Of a stretch of DNA of 64,000 nt, positions 10,902 through 22,084 are shown one piece after another (position 1 is the first letter of the stretch; each line of letters begins with the position of its first letter). The position numbers and the translations under genes were made by a program. This DNA comes from Clostridia bacterium (GTDB lineage: Bacteria; Bacillota; Clostridia; UBA1381; UBA9506): contig JAFQJE010000008.1 in the NCBI GenBank assembly GCA_017415145.1, forward strand, positions 3,771 through 67,770, written 5' to 3'. A model generated the notes under the pieces. It made no database searches, was not told the origin of the DNA, and saw only the letters and a list, made by a program, of their open reading frames with translations.

Positions 10902-11714
10902 TTAAAAAATGAAATCAAGAAAAATTACACAGGCAAAAAACATCAAAAAGCAGATAGTTGCCGCTAAATCCTTGTGAGTAAACTTTATCTCCTTTAGTCT
11001 TGTTCGTCCGTCACCGCCTGTATAGCAACGGCTTTCCATTGCAATCGCCAGCTCATCTGCTCGTCTGAACGCACTGATAAAAAGTGGCACAAGCATTGGA
11101 ATCAACGCTTTTGCTCTTTTAAATATCGAGCCTGTATCAAAGGATGCTCCTCTTGCCTGCTGAGCTTTTATAATTTTGTCTGTTTCCTCTATCAAAGTTG
11201 GAATAAACTTAATTGCTATACTCATCATCATGGCAAGCTCGTGGGTAGGAAAACCAATTTTTGATAAAGGTTTTAAAAGTTTTTCTATACCATCTGTTAA
11301 CGCCATAGGGGATGTGGTATAAGTAAGTGCACTGCTGCCAATTATTAAAAGAACCAGTCTTGTTGCCATTTTTGCAGCAACTATTGCACCTTCAACCGTA
11401 ATTCCCACAGAATAACCAAATATAGGCAAATCTTCACCTTGTGTTAAAAACAAATTCAATAACGCCGTAAATACTATGATGTAAAGAATCGGCTTTAGTC
11501 CTTTAAAATACATCTTTACAGGTACTTTAGAAATAAGCATTACAAGAAATGTAAAGAGTATTAATACTACGTAACTCTCTACTGTCTGTGCCATAAATAT
11601 GGCGACTATATCTAAAATAAAAATCAGTATTTTAGTCCTAGGGTCTAATCTATGCAGGAAGGAATCTATCGGAAAATACTGACCCAAGGTAATATCTTTA
11701 AGCATTTTCCCCAC
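10902..11714 (-). CDS. ecfT: ECF transporter transmembrane component T
   Basis: ITLGQY...[15 protein letters not shown] and AMESRCY motifs. Confidence 0.95.
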   Translation of the reverse strand: MGKMLKDITLGQYFPIDSFLHRLDPRTKILIFILDIVAIFMAQTVESYVVLILFTFLVMLISKVPVKMYFKGLKPILYIIVFTALLNLFLTQGEDLPIFGYSVGITVEGAIVAAKMATRLVLLIIGSSALTYTTSPMALTDGIEKLLKPLSKIGFPTHELAMMMSIAIKFIPTLIEETDKIIKAQQARGASFDTGSIFKRAKALIPMLVPLFISAFRRADELAIAMESRCYTGGDGRTRLKEIKFTHKDLAATICFLMFFACVIFLDFIF

Positions 11715-12570
11715 CCTCCTTTATTCTTTTAAAATACTCAATAAGCTCATTTTTTGCATTTTCAACTGTATAAATATTGGGATTAATATTCAGTCCTCTT
11801 GCAACAAGCTCATCAATTAAAACATTTACCTGAGGAACATTAAGACCAATGTTACGAAGCTCACGTCCGCGGGAGAATACTTCATCAACAGTACCATCAG
11901 CAAACACCTTACCCTCATTCATAACAATAAGACGGTTAACAAGGCGTGCCACATCCTCCATAGAGTGAGAAACAAGTATTACTGTCATATTTCCCTCATC
12001 ATAGATAGACTTTATCTGAGAAAGAATTTCTTCTCTGCCTGCAGGGTCCAATCCTGCTGTGGGTTCGTCTAAAACAAGTACGCTTGGTTTCATTGCTATT
12101 ACGCCCGCAATTGCCACACGACGTTTCTGACCGCCCGATAAATCAAAGGGAGATTTGTCGAGCACTTCAGGAGGTAACCCTACGCAGCGTGCGGCATCCC
12201 TCACTCTTATATCAATTTCCTCTTTTGGAAGTCCTAAATTCGTCGGACCATAAGCAATGTCTTTATATACAGTTTCTTCAAACAACTGGTGTTCAGGATA
12301 TTGAAACACAAGTCCAACATCACAGCGGAGTTTTTTTAATTTTTCGCCTTTTTCAGTAGTTTCATGTTCGTTTATAAAAACATGACCTGAATGGGGCTTT
12401 AAAAGGCCATTTAAGTGCTGAACAAGTGTTGACTTGCCCGAACCTGTATGTCCGATTAAACCCACAAATTCGCCATCTTTAATTTCTATATTAATATTGT
12501 CTAATGCTTTTTTCTCGAAAGGACTTCCCTGCATATAGACATAATCAAGGTTTTCTATTTTAATTGCCAC
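11698..12570 (-). CDS. ecfA2: ECF transporter ATPase A2
   Basis: [22 protein letters not shown] and [12 protein letters not shown]. Confidence 0.95.
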   Translation of the reverse strand: MAIKIENLDYVYMQGSPFEKKALDNINIEIKDGEFVGLIGHTGSGKSTLVQHLNGLLKPHSGHVFINEHETTEKGEKLKKLRCDVGLVFQYPEHQLFEETVYKDIAYGPTNLGLPKEEIDIRVRDAARCVGLPPEVLDKSPFDLSGGQKRRVAIAGVIAMKPSVLVLDEPTAGLDPAGREEILSQIKSIYDEGNMTVILVSHSMEDVARLVNRLIVMNEGKVFADGTVDEVFSRGRELRNIGLNVPQVNVLIDELVARGLNINPNIYTVENAKNELIEYFKRIKEGGENA

Positions 12571-13411
12571 TTTTTATGCTCCTAACATAATCCATTATCG
12601 CATCTGCACATTCTGTTACTGTTAAAACATCATAATTCACATCAAATCCCTCTTTGTTAAGGCTGTAGGCAAGCTCTGTAACCTGCGGAACATCAAGTCC
12701 TAAAGATTTTAACAGTTCAACCTGTGAAAACACATTACGTGGTGTATCGTCAACTACAATATGACCATCATCCATAACTACCACACGGTCTGCCATTGCT
12801 GCTTCATCCATGTAGTGAGTAATTAAAACTACTGTCATATTTTCCTGAGCTTTGAGTTTTAAAATCGTTTCCATAACTTCCGCTCTTCCCATTGGGTCGA
12901 GCATAGCAGTAGGCTCGTCCATTACAATACATTCAGGACGCATAGCTATTGCTCCCGCTATTGCCACACGTTGCTTCTGACCGCCTGATAAAAGATGAGG
13001 TGCGTGCTTTCTGTATCTGTACATATCAACAGTTTTTAGTGCATCGTCCACTCTTTTTCTGATTTCAGCAGATGGAATACCTAAGTTCTCAGGTGCAAAA
13101 GCAACATCCTCTTCTACCACATTTGCTACTATCTGGTTATCAGGATTCTGGAAAACCATTCCTACCTGACGGCGAATTGTCCATAACATTTCTTCGTCTT
13201 TTGTATTTATGCCCTGAACGTAAACATCTCCGCCCAAAGGAAGCAAAAGTCCGTTAAAATGCTTGGCAAGGGTTGACTTGCCACAGCCATTATGTCCCAA
13301 TACGGCTACAAACTCGCCTTTTTTTATATTAAGATTTAAATTGTCTAACACTGTATCTACTTTTTTTACACCATTGTCGTAAGAATACAGTAAGTTTTCT
13401 GCCTTTAACAT
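12560..13411 (-). CDS. ecfA1: ECF transporter ATPase A1
   Basis: [24 protein letters not shown] and DEPTAMLDP. Start at ATG 13411 after the proA stop. Confidence 0.95.
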   Translation of the reverse strand: MLKAENLLYSYDNGVKKVDTVLDNLNLNIKKGEFVAVLGHNGCGKSTLAKHFNGLLLPLGGDVYVQGINTKDEEMLWTIRRQVGMVFQNPDNQIVANVVEEDVAFAPENLGIPSAEIRKRVDDALKTVDMYRYRKHAPHLLSGGQKQRVAIAGAIAMRPECIVMDEPTAMLDPMGRAEVMETILKLKAQENMTVVLITHYMDEAAMADRVVVMDDGHIVVDDTPRNVFSQVELLKSLGLDVPQVTELAYSLNKEGFDVNYDVLTVTECADAIMDYVRSIKSGN

Positions 13412-13415
13412 TTTA

Positions 13416-14666
13416 TCACCTGATTTGTCCGTTGCCATAAATAATATATTTTGATGTGGTAAGCTCACGAAGACCTAACGGCCCTCTTGCGTGGAGCTTT
13501 TGTGTGCTTATACCGATTTCTGCACCAAAACCAAATTCAAAGCCATCTGTAAAGCGTGTTGATGCGTTTACATAAACTGCCGCAGAATCAACAGACGCCA
13601 AAAATCTCTGGGATTTTTCATAGTCAGTTGTAATTATAGCTTCTGAATGCTTTGTGCTGTAAAGGTTTATATGCTCTATTGCCTCGTCAATATCGCGAAC
13701 TACCTTTACTGATATTTTATAGTCTAAATATTCTGTTCTAAAATCTTCGTCTGTTGCAGGTTTTGCATCCTTTAAAATTTCACAGGTTTTACTGCAACCA
13801 AAAACTTCAACATTATGTGCCTTTAGTTTTTCAAAAATCACAGGTAAAGCCTTTTGTGCAATTTTTTCATCGATAAGTAAAGATTCTGCCGCATTACACA
13901 CAGATACACGTGTAGTTTTTGCGTTTTCTATGATATTTGCCGCCATATCAATATCAGCACTTTTTTCTACGTATATGTGGCAGTTGCCTGTTCCTGTTTC
14001 TATTACAGGCACAGTTGCAGTGTTTACGACTGTTTTAATCAGACCTGCACCACCTCTTGGAATTAAGACATCTATATATTCATTAAGACGCATCATTTGT
14101 GTCGCAATTTCTCTTGAGGTATCTTCAACTAATGATATTGCATCAACAGGAACATCTGTGGACGCAAGTGCCTGCTTCATAATTTTAGTAAGTACCTTAT
14201 TTGAATTGATTGCTTCACTTCCTCCACGAAGGATGCATACATTTGAGGTTTTTAGGCAAAGTGCCGCCGCATCAACCGTAACATTTGGGCGTGCCTCAAA
14301 AATTATTCCTATAACCCCCAAGGGCACTCTCTTTCTCCCTATCATAAGACCATTGGGGCGTTTTGTCATTTCTGTTACCTCGCCCACAGGGTCAGCAAGC
14401 GTCGCTACCTGTCTTACTCCCTCTGCCATCTGACTTATACGCTCAGGTGTAAGTTTTAACCTGTCATAAAAGCCTGACTTTTCATTATTCTTTAAAAGAC
14501 TTTCAAGGTCTTTTTTATTTTCTTCTAAAATTTCGTCGGTATTTTCTATCAATAAATCAGCAATGGCATTAAGCGCTTTATTCTTCTTGTTGCTGTCAAT
14601 ATTCATAAGCTTAAAGCTTGCCGCTTTGGCTACTTTTCCCGCCTCAATTAAATCATACATTTTCAT
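13416..14666 (-). CDS. proA: Gamma-glutamyl phosphate reductase
   Basis: [22 protein letters not shown] and [30 protein letters not shown]. Confidence 0.97.
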   Translation of the reverse strand: MKMYDLIEAGKVAKAASFKLMNIDSNKKNKALNAIADLLIENTDEILEENKKDLESLLKNNEKSGFYDRLKLTPERISQMAEGVRQVATLADPVGEVTEMTKRPNGLMIGRKRVPLGVIGIIFEARPNVTVDAAALCLKTSNVCILRGGSEAINSNKVLTKIMKQALASTDVPVDAISLVEDTSREIATQMMRLNEYIDVLIPRGGAGLIKTVVNTATVPVIETGTGNCHIYVEKSADIDMAANIIENAKTTRVSVCNAAESLLIDEKIAQKALPVIFEKLKAHNVEVFGCSKTCEILKDAKPATDEDFRTEYLDYKISVKVVRDIDEAIEHINLYSTKHSEAIITTDYEKSQRFLASVDSAAVYVNASTRFTDGFEFGFGAEIGISTQKLHARGPLGLRELTTSKYIIYGNGQIR

Positions 14667-15453
14667 GCCCTCTTAATTTTTGTGGTTTAAATCTGGTGCA
14701 TGTGGCCGTACCCTCTAAAACATCGTATATAATTTTCGGGTTTTTGCCGTTTGCAATTACCATCTCAATTCCTGCCGCCATAGCACGTTTTGCTGCAATC
14801 AGCTTGGTTACCATTCCGCCCGTGCCGCGGTTTGTGCCTTCACCGCCTGCAGACGCCATAACTTCGTCTGTTATTTCGTACACTTCATGAACAAGCACAG
14901 CATCAGGGTTTTTGGCAGGATTTTTGTCATACAAGCCGTCAATATCAGATAAAATAATCAGAATATCTGCCTCAATTAATTCTGCAACAACATCTGACAG
15001 AGTATCATTGTCGCCAAATTTAATTTCTGCAGTTGAAATTACGTCATTTTCATTGATAATAGGAACAACGCCCCACTCAAAAAGTGTATTAAATGCATTT
15101 ATTGCGTTTTCCCTACGTTCCTCATTGTCTAAAATATTCTTCGTTAAAAGAAGCTGTGCCACATCTTTTCCGTACTGAGCAAAGAATTTACCGTAAAGGC
15201 TCATAAGTTCACTTTGTCCAACGGCAGATGCTGCCTGCTTTTCTCTTGTTGTTTTGGGACGCTCATTAAACCCTAACTTACTCATGCCTACAGAAATAGC
15301 ACCACTTGTAACAAGTGCTACCTGACATCCGCTATGGCAGAGGTCAGATATAACCTGAGACAAAAGCTCAATCTGTCTTATGTTTATTTTTCCTGTTTCG
15401 TAGGTCAAAGACGATGTACCTACTTTAATTACAACTCTTTTCTGATTGTTCAT
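14653..15453 (-). CDS. proB: Glutamate 5-kinase (no PUA domain)
   Basis: VIKVGTSSL, KQAASAVGQ, PIINEND, FGDNDTLS and GTGGMVTK. Confidence 0.96.
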   Translation of the reverse strand: MNNQKRVVIKVGTSSLTYETGKINIRQIELLSQVISDLCHSGCQVALVTSGAISVGMSKLGFNERPKTTREKQAASAVGQSELMSLYGKFFAQYGKDVAQLLLTKNILDNEERRENAINAFNTLFEWGVVPIINENDVISTAEIKFGDNDTLSDVVAELIEADILIILSDIDGLYDKNPAKNPDAVLVHEVYEITDEVMASAGGEGTNRGTGGMVTKLIAAKRAMAAGIEMVIANGKNPKIIYDVLEGTATCTRFKPQKLRGHENV

Positions 15454-15470
15454 AGCTTTCTCCCAATGTC

Positions 15471-15998
15471 TTAGTCTGTTATTGCCACACTGGAAACCAA
15501 AGGTGTTGATTTTATGGTGGATGTTTTTATTTCATAGTCCTTGCCGTAAAGAACGTGAACGCCTGTATCAGTGTAATAGCCTGTGTCGGTTTTCTTACCA
15601 GTAGTTTCAACTATGATTGTTACATCAAATTTTTCAGGAATTACAGAACTTACAACTTCACCGTTTCCTTTGACAACATTCTGCTTTGAGGGCTGTGAGT
15701 CAATGCGTTTTATTACACCGATTAAATCATCTGTTTTAGTAGAATAAACTTCGTCACCTACAACTATAGCATCTCTTGTGATATCCCGAACTCCGTGCAT
15801 TTTTAAACCTATCTCCATTTTATTTGAGTTGCTCTGTGATGACAATAGCATTTTCGAGCCGTCAGAAACCACTTTTTCGTTATTTATATAAGATATTGTA
15901 AGTGCTGCACCCGCCACACCCACTACTATAATCAAAATAACAAGAATATCTACTATACTTACCTTACCAAAAAGTTTTCCGTTTTTATCCAAAATCAT
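15471..15998 (-). CDS. DUF4330-like membrane-anchored protein
   Basis: MILDKNGKLFGKVSIVD N-terminus typical of the family, one TM helix, then a beta-rich domain. Confidence 0.7.
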   Translation of the reverse strand: MILDKNGKLFGKVSIVDILVILIIVVGVAGAALTISYINNEKVVSDGSKMLLSSQSNSNKMEIGLKMHGVRDITRDAIVVGDEVYSTKTDDLIGVIKRIDSQPSKQNVVKGNGEVVSSVIPEKFDVTIIVETTGKKTDTGYYTDTGVHVLYGKDYEIKTSTIKSTPLVSSVAITD

Positions 15999-16504
15999 TC
16001 TGTCATAGCCTCCTTTGCTTCTGTGGCATCCTCATATCCCACATCTGTTATTACTGCATTAACGTAAGCATCGCCCACTATACACTCCATGCTTTTGCCT
16101 ATCAGAAGGTTAACGGAATTTACACTTGCGTTACCTGACGAAACTGTTCCGTCTGCGGCTACTTTTATTTCTACATCGACACGGTCTTCAATTTCTGCTA
16201 CTGCCAATGTGCCTTCATCAGTGTTTTCTGCTAAAATTGTCGCATTTTTTTCGGTAATTTCTGTAACAGCACCGATTTCTTTCATGCTTTCATCGTCAAA
16301 TACCTTATCCCCTTCCCTGACATAGCCAGTAAGCTCAGGGAATGTATTTTTTACCTCAAGTGTATAGACAATTTTTGTTGCACTTTCAGGTTGCGATGAG
16401 CCGAAAGATGCAAATTTTAATGCCCCAAACACCAGAATTGCCAGTATTAAAATTACAAACAGCAAATCCACTATGTTTATCTTTCTTTCTTTATTTATGT
16501 TCAT
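15995..16504 (-). CDS. DUF4330-like membrane-anchored protein (tandem paralog)
   Basis: KINIVD-TM...VREGDKVFD...IG.V pattern parallels the neighbouring gene. Confidence 0.65.
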   Translation of the reverse strand: MNINKERKINIVDLLFVILILAILVFGALKFASFGSSQPESATKIVYTLEVKNTFPELTGYVREGDKVFDDESMKEIGAVTEITEKNATILAENTDEGTLAVAEIEDRVDVEIKVAADGTVSSGNASVNSVNLLIGKSMECIVGDAYVNAVITDVGYEDATEAKEAMTE

Positions 16505-17588
16505 TGGTTACCTCCTGATAAAGCTCTTCGAGATTTTTTACCATGATTTGAGCCGTATATTTTTCGTAGAATTCATTTTTGGCACAATAAGAAGCCTTGT
16601 TGTAAAACTCTTCGTCCTGGGACATTCTTGCAAAGGCTGACGACATTCCGAAATAATCCTCATAATCTACCAAAATACCATTTGTATAGGGTTTTATAAG
16701 CTGAGGATTCCCGCCTACATTGGTTGCTATGGTAGGTTTACCTAAGCTCATTGCCTCAAGTATTGCCAAACTCATTGCCTCAGACTGGGATGATATTACA
16801 TTGACATCTGTAATGTTTAAGAGTTCTGTGGTATCCTTGACGTATCCGCAAAAAATAATCTGAGGAATATCTTTTGCCCGCTCTTTTAATTCATCACATA
16901 AACTGCCATCGCCAACTATTAAGAACACCGCATCGTCATACTTTTTTAGGTAATCCTTTGCCGCCTCAATAAAATATTTGTGTCCTTTTACTTCCTCAAG
17001 TCTCGCAAAAATTGCAAATACCTTCTTGCCTTCAATACCGTACTTTTTCCTTACATCTTTTTTTTGTTCAGGGGAAAGCTCTGGTACCGCTTCTACTCCA
17101 TTGCATACTTTTTTTATTTTGCGTCTTTTAATGCCACATTCTCTAAGATTATCAACTACTGCATCAGATACTGCAATATAGTAATCACATAAACTGTTGT
17201 TCAGAATCCCTTTGATTGCAGATACCAAAAATCCTCCCACAGGTTCAATACAATGACGTGTTGAGATTATAGTTTTAATTCCTGCTCTTCTTCCTGCAAT
17301 TCTTGCAGATAAAGATGCGTGAGTGTGGATAATATCAAATTTTTCCTTTTCAAATAATTCAGTCAATACCTTAACGCACTTGCTGTCATAGGATTTATCT
17401 GCCATATAAGAAATTTCGTAAATATCAACCTCTGTGTATTGTGCTACAAATTCAAGTAAACTGCTCATTTCAGGGATTACTACTGAAACCTTGTAATTAT
17501 TGCGGTCATAGTGTTTAAGATAATTCAATAAATATCTGCCTGCACCGCCTATGTTGGTATCAGTTACCACCTGGCAAACTTTAATCAT
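16491..17588 (-). CDS. GT4-family glycosyltransferase
   Basis: IGGAG, IIHTH, ARLEEVKGH and EAMSLAILEAMSLGKP..ATNVGG (EX7E motif). Confidence 0.92.
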   Translation of the reverse strand: MIKVCQVVTDTNIGGAGRYLLNYLKHYDRNNYKVSVVIPEMSSLLEFVAQYTEVDIYEISYMADKSYDSKCVKVLTELFEKEKFDIIHTHASLSARIAGRRAGIKTIISTRHCIEPVGGFLVSAIKGILNNSLCDYYIAVSDAVVDNLRECGIKRRKIKKVCNGVEAVPELSPEQKKDVRKKYGIEGKKVFAIFARLEEVKGHKYFIEAAKDYLKKYDDAVFLIVGDGSLCDELKERAKDIPQIIFCGYVKDTTELLNITDVNVISSQSEAMSLAILEAMSLGKPTIATNVGGNPQLIKPYTNGILVDYEDYFGMSSAFARMSQDEEFYNKASYCAKNEFYEKYTAQIMVKNLEELYQEVTNEHK

Positions 17589-19473
17589 TTAAAAGCTCAC
17601 CTCCGCAGTCATTTTTAATTATCAGACTGCCCGAAATTCCAAGGGCAATAATTATCCAGAATATCATTAAGATTTTATAGTTATACCAGACATAATCAGT
17701 AAGACCCTGAACCATAAATCCTACAAAGCCTGCACCGAGTGCCACCGTTAATTTTGCTACGTCTGATTTTTTTATATTCTTTACTACCTTTGCTGAAAAT
17801 GTATTTCTTAAAAATGCAAGAGCAAGTGATATCAATGATACAATTCCTATGATACCTGTTTCAACCCAGAACTGTAAATAAAGGTTATGAGAATGGAGTG
17901 CGAAGTCAGCACCTGTAAGTGCGTACACAGGATAAATTGTCTTATATGCATCAGAACCAACACCGATACCCGGAAGCCAGAAATCACCCAAAAGCTTTAT
18001 TGATGCTCTCCATATTGAAACTCTGTACTCAGTAGATGTGTCTGCGGTGTTACCTATACTTAAAACTCTCTCAACTATTGCACTGTTTCCGCTCAGATAA
18101 AGAGCGACAGGCACTAACACTACTGCAAGAACACCAACAAAAATCCAACGTTTGTCAGAAATCGCAAGGAATATTGCCACTGCAATCAACATTCCAAGCC
18201 ATGCACCTCTTGACCATGTAAATACCATACAAGCTGCCATAACAAGCAATGCTATACCAAACAGTGTTTTGTGATCTTCACGCACCTTGTTCCAGATAAG
18301 TGCTACCATTACAGGAATTGTGAGCACCAAAAATTCTCCTAAAACATTAGGATTGTTAAAAAACGAATAAACTCTTACCTTGATGTCGGTAAACATTTCT
18401 TCGTCTATCCAACTTTCAGTTGACGATACACCTGTAAAATTCTGCACAACGCCATAAATTGCAACTATGAGTGCAGAGGCTAAAAACAGTTTTATTAAAG
18501 CACACCATGCTCTTTTTGTTCTTATTGTATTTATAACCACAAAGTAAAATACAATAAAGCTGATATGCACCATTACCTGACGCACTGATGACAGTACATC
18601 AAAGGAATTTATACAACCCCACAAAAGAGCTATTGTAAAGAAAACAACAACCGGGTTCATGGGACTCTTTACAAATTTAAAGTCGGGATTTTTCACTGCA
18701 TGAAGCAAAAGTATTACAGCACATAAAATACTTAATGCTGCAAGTAGCATTGTGGGTAGCAACGGGGACAATGCCACCGTAATGAATACTCCCAAAGGTA
18801 AATATTTTACCAGAAAAATCAACCCTATAATACCCGTTATGCCTAAAGCAAAATATTTAATACCTGTGATAAAACACACGACTGCCAAAAATACTCCCAA
18901 AAACCCTGACATTATCAATTGGTTTTTGGTTATTTTAAGATTTTTATTATCCTTTTTTGTGAAACTTATAAATATCTCGCCAATTGTTTTTACAATCCAG
19001 CTTCCCTCTATCAGTTCATTGATGGTTCTGTTAATCAAAACAAGGACCACACCAACAACTATCGAAACCGCAGAAACCGCAATTGCAATCATTTGATTGT
19101 ACCTTAACATTCCAAAAAAAACACCGAATGTTATCATAGCTACTCCGTAAAGACGGACAGACACATTTGCCCAATTGGAAACACCGCAGCAGATTGCACT
19201 GTTTTCAACCAAATTGTTGATTTTTACCGAAAGTTTTTTCTGCAAAAACATCACAAAATTCTTTGGTAAATTCACTATTTTCCCAAAGATGCTGTTGTCC
19301 CATATATCCTTTCGTTCACTTTTTGAAAAGAAGCGATGAATAAAAGAGCCACAAAAAGTATTGCCCAGCACTGACCAAATCTTGTTGAAGAAATTTGCCA
19401 CAGAGCTTACTTCATACCAACGGTTTAATGCTGAAAAAAACTTGCCTGCAATCAAAAATACTTTACTGCCCAT
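17581..19473 (-). CDS. O-antigen ligase/polymerase (Wzy_C) family membrane protein
   Basis: Many TM helices; RVYSFFNNPN, TWSRGAW, GIGVG, HSHNLYLQ...ETGIIG. Confidence 0.88.
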   Translation of the reverse strand: MGSKVFLIAGKFFSALNRWYEVSSVANFFNKIWSVLGNTFCGSFIHRFFSKSERKDIWDNSIFGKIVNLPKNFVMFLQKKLSVKINNLVENSAICCGVSNWANVSVRLYGVAMITFGVFFGMLRYNQMIAIAVSAVSIVVGVVLVLINRTINELIEGSWIVKTIGEIFISFTKKDNKNLKITKNQLIMSGFLGVFLAVVCFITGIKYFALGITGIIGLIFLVKYLPLGVFITVALSPLLPTMLLAALSILCAVILLLHAVKNPDFKFVKSPMNPVVVFFTIALLWGCINSFDVLSSVRQVMVHISFIVFYFVVINTIRTKRAWCALIKLFLASALIVAIYGVVQNFTGVSSTESWIDEEMFTDIKVRVYSFFNNPNVLGEFLVLTIPVMVALIWNKVREDHKTLFGIALLVMAACMVFTWSRGAWLGMLIAVAIFLAISDKRWIFVGVLAVVLVPVALYLSGNSAIVERVLSIGNTADTSTEYRVSIWRASIKLLGDFWLPGIGVGSDAYKTIYPVYALTGADFALHSHNLYLQFWVETGIIGIVSLISLALAFLRNTFSAKVVKNIKKSDVAKLTVALGAGFVGFMVQGLTDYVWYNYKILMIFWIIIALGISGSLIIKNDCGGELLND

Positions 19474-21025
19474 CTTTCACACTCCTTTTTTTGAATATAT
19501 CGAAAAACATTTTTGTTTCGTCTGTTTTTAAAATTGCTGCCAGTATGATATATGCAACGAATCCTGCTGCTGAGGGTATTGAAACTGCCAAAAGTTTACC
19601 TAAGAAACCATCGCCGTATCCGATGACAGAAGTTGCCAGCACAACAGAAATCATCAAAGCAGCACTTACAATGACTTTTAATAAATTTAACAAAAATCCT
19701 CTGTCAAAAATCTTATATTTTCTTCCCAGTAAAACTGCAAGCACCAACGCCATAAACACAGACGCAACGGACGCAGCCAGGGGCAAACCTGCTATACCCA
19801 TATTAAAACCCCTTACAAGAGCAAAGCTTAAAGATATATTAAGTAGTATACCTACCACCGAAACTCTCATAGGAGTTTTACCATTTTGTTCAGCATAAAA
19901 TGCCTTGTTGAGCATTTCCTGTAATCCGTAGCCTAGCATTCCGAACGAATACCAGAAAAGTGCAACTGATGTAAGTTCTGTCTGTTCCTTTCCGAATGCT
20001 CCACGCTCGTATACAAAACGAATAATTTCCACACGCTTCATAAGGAAAACTATCATAATCGGAACAAGCACAAAAAGTACACTTCCTATTGCGGTTTTTA
20101 AAACCTGTGTAAACTCCTTACTTTTGTTCTTGTCTGCTGCAAATCTCGAAATAGACGGGAAAATAAGATTTGACACCGCATAGGTTAAAACTCCCACAAA
20201 AATAATATAGAGCTTGTTTGCATACTCTAAAGCTGACACTGCCTGTCCGCCATTTAAAAAAGATGCCAAGAACATATTTACCATCGTGTTAATGGGTTGT
20301 ACCCACGAACTGACAAGTATGGGAACCGCAAGTTTTAATGCCTTTAAGAGTCCTTCGTTTTTAAAGTTTATTTTTGGTCTGTAAGTGTATTTTTTCTTTA
20401 TTAGCGACGGAATTAAAACTATAAGCTGAAACGCCCATGCAATTAACATTGCAACCGATACGCCAAAAATCCCTAAACTGTCTTTGGCAACAATCAGATA
20501 AACAACCATTATTCCGTTTGATACTAAACTTATGGCAGCAGGTGCATTGAATTCTCCATAAGATTGCAAAACTCCCGTCAGAGAATATGCAAGTGCTGTA
20601 AATATCATAGACGGAAACATTATGGATACAAGCTGGCTTGATAGCATTTTTACATCAGATGCCAATCCACTGCCTAAAAGTCCCACAATTGGTCCGCGAA
20701 AAATCACACCGATTGCACAGATTAGTGCAGTAATTAAAAATATAATATTTAAAAAGCTGTTTGAAAATTCTGTGGCTTTTTCCTTTTCTCCACGGCTTAA
20801 ATACTCGTTAAATACAGGGATAAAGGAAGATGATATTGCACTTCCCAAGGCTATATCAAAAAACAAAAGCGGTATGCGTGATGCGGTCTGATAGGCAATT
20901 GCAGCATCACCCGTTCCGTAAAGTGCTGCAAAAAGAATATCACGATACATCCCCATAAACTTAGCCAAAAGGGTTGCTGCTATCATAAAGCCTGCGGTCT
21001 TTATTGTTTTCTTTACACCGTTCAT
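19463..21025 (-). CDS. murJ: MurJ/MviN-type lipid-linked precursor flippase
   Basis: AKFMGMYRD...A.LYG, SSFIPVF, ERGAF and KAFYA..NGKTP; about 14 TM helices. Confidence 0.9.
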   Translation of the reverse strand: MNGVKKTIKTAGFMIAATLLAKFMGMYRDILFAALYGTGDAAIAYQTASRIPLLFFDIALGSAISSSFIPVFNEYLSRGEKEKATEFSNSFLNIIFLITALICAIGVIFRGPIVGLLGSGLASDVKMLSSQLVSIMFPSMIFTALAYSLTGVLQSYGEFNAPAAISLVSNGIMVVYLIVAKDSLGIFGVSVAMLIAWAFQLIVLIPSLIKKKYTYRPKINFKNEGLLKALKLAVPILVSSWVQPINTMVNMFLASFLNGGQAVSALEYANKLYIIFVGVLTYAVSNLIFPSISRFAADKNKSKEFTQVLKTAIGSVLFVLVPIMIVFLMKRVEIIRFVYERGAFGKEQTELTSVALFWYSFGMLGYGLQEMLNKAFYAEQNGKTPMRVSVVGILLNISLSFALVRGFNMGIAGLPLAASVASVFMALVLAVLLGRKYKIFDRGFLLNLLKVIVSAALMISVVLATSVIGYGDGFLGKLLAVSIPSAAGFVAYIILAAILKTDETKMFFDIFKKRSVKDGQ

Positions 21026-21063
21026 AGCAATATTTTCCTTAATATATATTATTTATCTAATTT

Positions 21064-21092
21064 ATTATAATATATATACCCTTCATTGTCAA
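21064..21092 (-). promoter_or_regulatory. Sigma-A promoter of the murJ operon
   Basis: Perfect TTGACA-N17-TATAAT on the minus strand. Confidence 0.8.
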
Positions 21093-21174
21093 TAAAATTT
21101 CTGCCCCAAAACTCCCGAAAAAACGCGGTTTTTCTGTGCTTTTTGCATATTTTTCAAAAATTCTGAAAAAGTAC

Positions 21175-21203
21175 TTGAAATTTACAAAACTTTGTGGTAT
21201 AGT
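21175..21203 (+). promoter_or_regulatory. Sigma-A promoter of rpsB-tsf
   Basis: TTGAAA-N17-TATAGT with an extended TG. Confidence 0.75.
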
Positions 21204-21218
21204 ATTTAAGGCAAAAAT

Positions 21219-21296
21219 ACGCACACGCAATGATTTTACAGGCGGTGCCCCGCTCCAAAGTGCGTGGTTCCTGTAAAATATGACTTGTGTGGAGGA
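21219..21296 (+). ncRNA. rpsB 5' leader (putative S2 autoregulatory RNA)
   Basis: CACAC...GTGTG outer stem and TTTTACAGG/CCTGTAAAA inner stem with an internal GGTG, between the promoter and RBS of rpsB. Confidence 0.6.
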
Positions 21297-21323
21297 TTGC
21301 AAATAAAACCGGAGGTGACTTAA

Positions 21324-22064
21324 ATGTCAGTAATTTCAATGAAACAACTGCTCGAAGCAGGCGTCCATTTCGGACATCAGACAAGAAGATGGAACCCTAA
21401 AATGGCTGAGTACATCTTCACAGAAAGAAACGGTATCTACATCATCGACTTGCAGAAAACCGTTAAGAAAATTGAGGAAGCTTACGCTTTCATTAAGGAA
21501 GTAGCTGAATCAGGTAAGGAAGTTCTCTTTGTTGGTACAAAGAAGCAGGCTCAGGATTCTATCAAAGAAGAAGCTGAACGTGTTGGCATGTACTGGGTTA
21601 ACGCTCGTTGGCTCGGCGGTATGATGACAAACTTCAAAACAATCAAAAAGAGAATCGACAGACTCGAACAGCTCACAAAGATGGAAGAAGACGGCACATT
21701 TGATCTTCTCCCCAAGAAAGAAGTTATCAACTTAAAGGCAGAACGCGAAAAGCTCGAAAAGTACTTAGGCGGTATCAAAGATATGAAGAAACTCCCTGGT
21801 GCTTTATTCGTAGTTGACCCCAGAAAAGAAAAGATTGCTATCGAAGAAGCTAAGAAACTAGGTATTCCCGTTGTTGCTATCGTAGATACAAACTGCGACC
21901 CTGAAGATGTTGATTATGTAATCCCTGGCAACGATGACGCTATCCGTGCGGTTAAGCTCATCGCTTCTACAATTGCTAACGCAATTATCGAAGGCAAGCA
22001 GGGCGTAGACGCTCTTCCCGTTGCAGAAGAAACAGAAGAAAACGCTGAAAAAATCAGCGAATAA
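21324..22064 (+). CDS. rpsB: 30S ribosomal protein S2
   Basis: [22 protein letters not shown] and DTNCDP...PGNDDAIRA. Confidence 0.99.
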   Translation: MSVISMKQLLEAGVHFGHQTRRWNPKMAEYIFTERNGIYIIDLQKTVKKIEEAYAFIKEVAESGKEVLFVGTKKQAQDSIKEEAERVGMYWVNARWLGGMMTNFKTIKKRIDRLEQLTKMEEDGTFDLLPKKEVINLKAEREKLEKYLGGIKDMKKLPGALFVVDPRKEKIAIEEAKKLGIPVVAIVDTNCDPEDVDYVIPGNDDAIRAVKLIASTIANAIIEGKQGVDALPVAEETEENAEKISE

Positions 22065-22084
22065 TCATTTTGGAGGTAATCACA

